NCBI RefSeq assembly: GCF_006345805.1
Contig: NC_042997.1
Location: 19,344,001-19,408,000, forward strand
Source: Octopus sinensis
Taxonomy: Eukaryota
DNA: 64,000 bases
Reading direction: 5' to 3'
Every line of letters starts with the position of its first letter. The stretch's first letter is position 1. Below, piece by piece: positions 63,271-64,000 of this stretch. The translations under genes were made by a program, and so were the position numbers. The notes beneath the pieces were generated by a model that saw only the letters and a program-made list of their open reading frames with translations, was not told the DNA's origin and did not search any database.

Positions 63271-64000
63271 CAGGTTACGTGCTACCGGCACAGAAGCCAA
63301 TGTACTGAATTATATTTCTTCAGATTTCTTTTCATGGCTTACACAAAGGAAGAACACATCCATAGCCCTTTATTCAAGCCCTTTCAGACTGGTATGAGAA
63401 AAGGAGGAAGCTATTCTCACACAGAAAATATAGTTCAAATGCATGGAACTGTATGACCCCACTAAAGGCACCCAAAAATCTGATGGAAACATCAAACCAT
63501 GCAGTAGATTGAGTTTAATGCACCAAAACAAAAATGGCCCGTACGTTGGACTCCTGCACAATTTTGATCTACCAAAATGTTTTGCAAGACTTTGATCATA
63601 CAGAAGTTATTTTAGAAGATACTTGCTCAAGATTCTAATCATAGAGGTTGAAACTAAGTTTACGTAGTTGCCAAGCAAACTTTTTAAACAAGACAGCCAC
63701 ACTAGATGATATGATTTTGCATTGAAGCAACAGGAATTTTTATTAAGATTGAAAAAGTTTTAAGAGCAGTTTTTCATGAAAAGAGATATAAATAAAACTA
63801 AATTTAAAATGTCTATATCAAATTAGAAAAAAATGACATTTATGATCCAGATTTTATAGTTCTTGTATATTTTAAGTTCATTGTAATAATCAGCTTCTTG
63901 TGAAGAAAGACACAAGTAACTTCAATGTAATAGACATTAAATACTAATCATTTGCTGAGCATATCCACAAAACAAATGTTGACATATACCTATTTTAGTT

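Overview
AT-rich, microsatellite-dense eukaryotic non-coding DNA. By inference from the SINE/RTE repertoire and repeat style it is a coleoid cephalopod, probably Octopus. No host gene could be identified with confidence; there are only weak candidate exons near 5.1 and 8.5 kb. Almost all ORF-track entries are microsatellite translations or transposon relics. The window holds many tRNA-headed SINEs of at least 3-4 families, RTE LINEs (one young, one old and near full-length), a CR1 3' end, three RLE-type non-LTR fragments (one with a twin-priming-like 5' inversion), a decayed Rep/helicase Helitron, a Penelope-like RT fragment and several Tc1/mariner relics. The most notable signal is a canonical type I hammerhead ribozyme (43562-43609). 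It lies inside a 477-bp unit present as 1.44 tandem copies, a retrozyme-like or circular-RNA-derived structure. That unit sits within a ~8.8-kb nested inverted duplication (37.5-46.3 kb). Two further palindromes (6909-7008, 19819-20096) carry back-to-back hammerhead-like variant cores. Coordinates of decayed elements are approximate and all alignments were done by eye.
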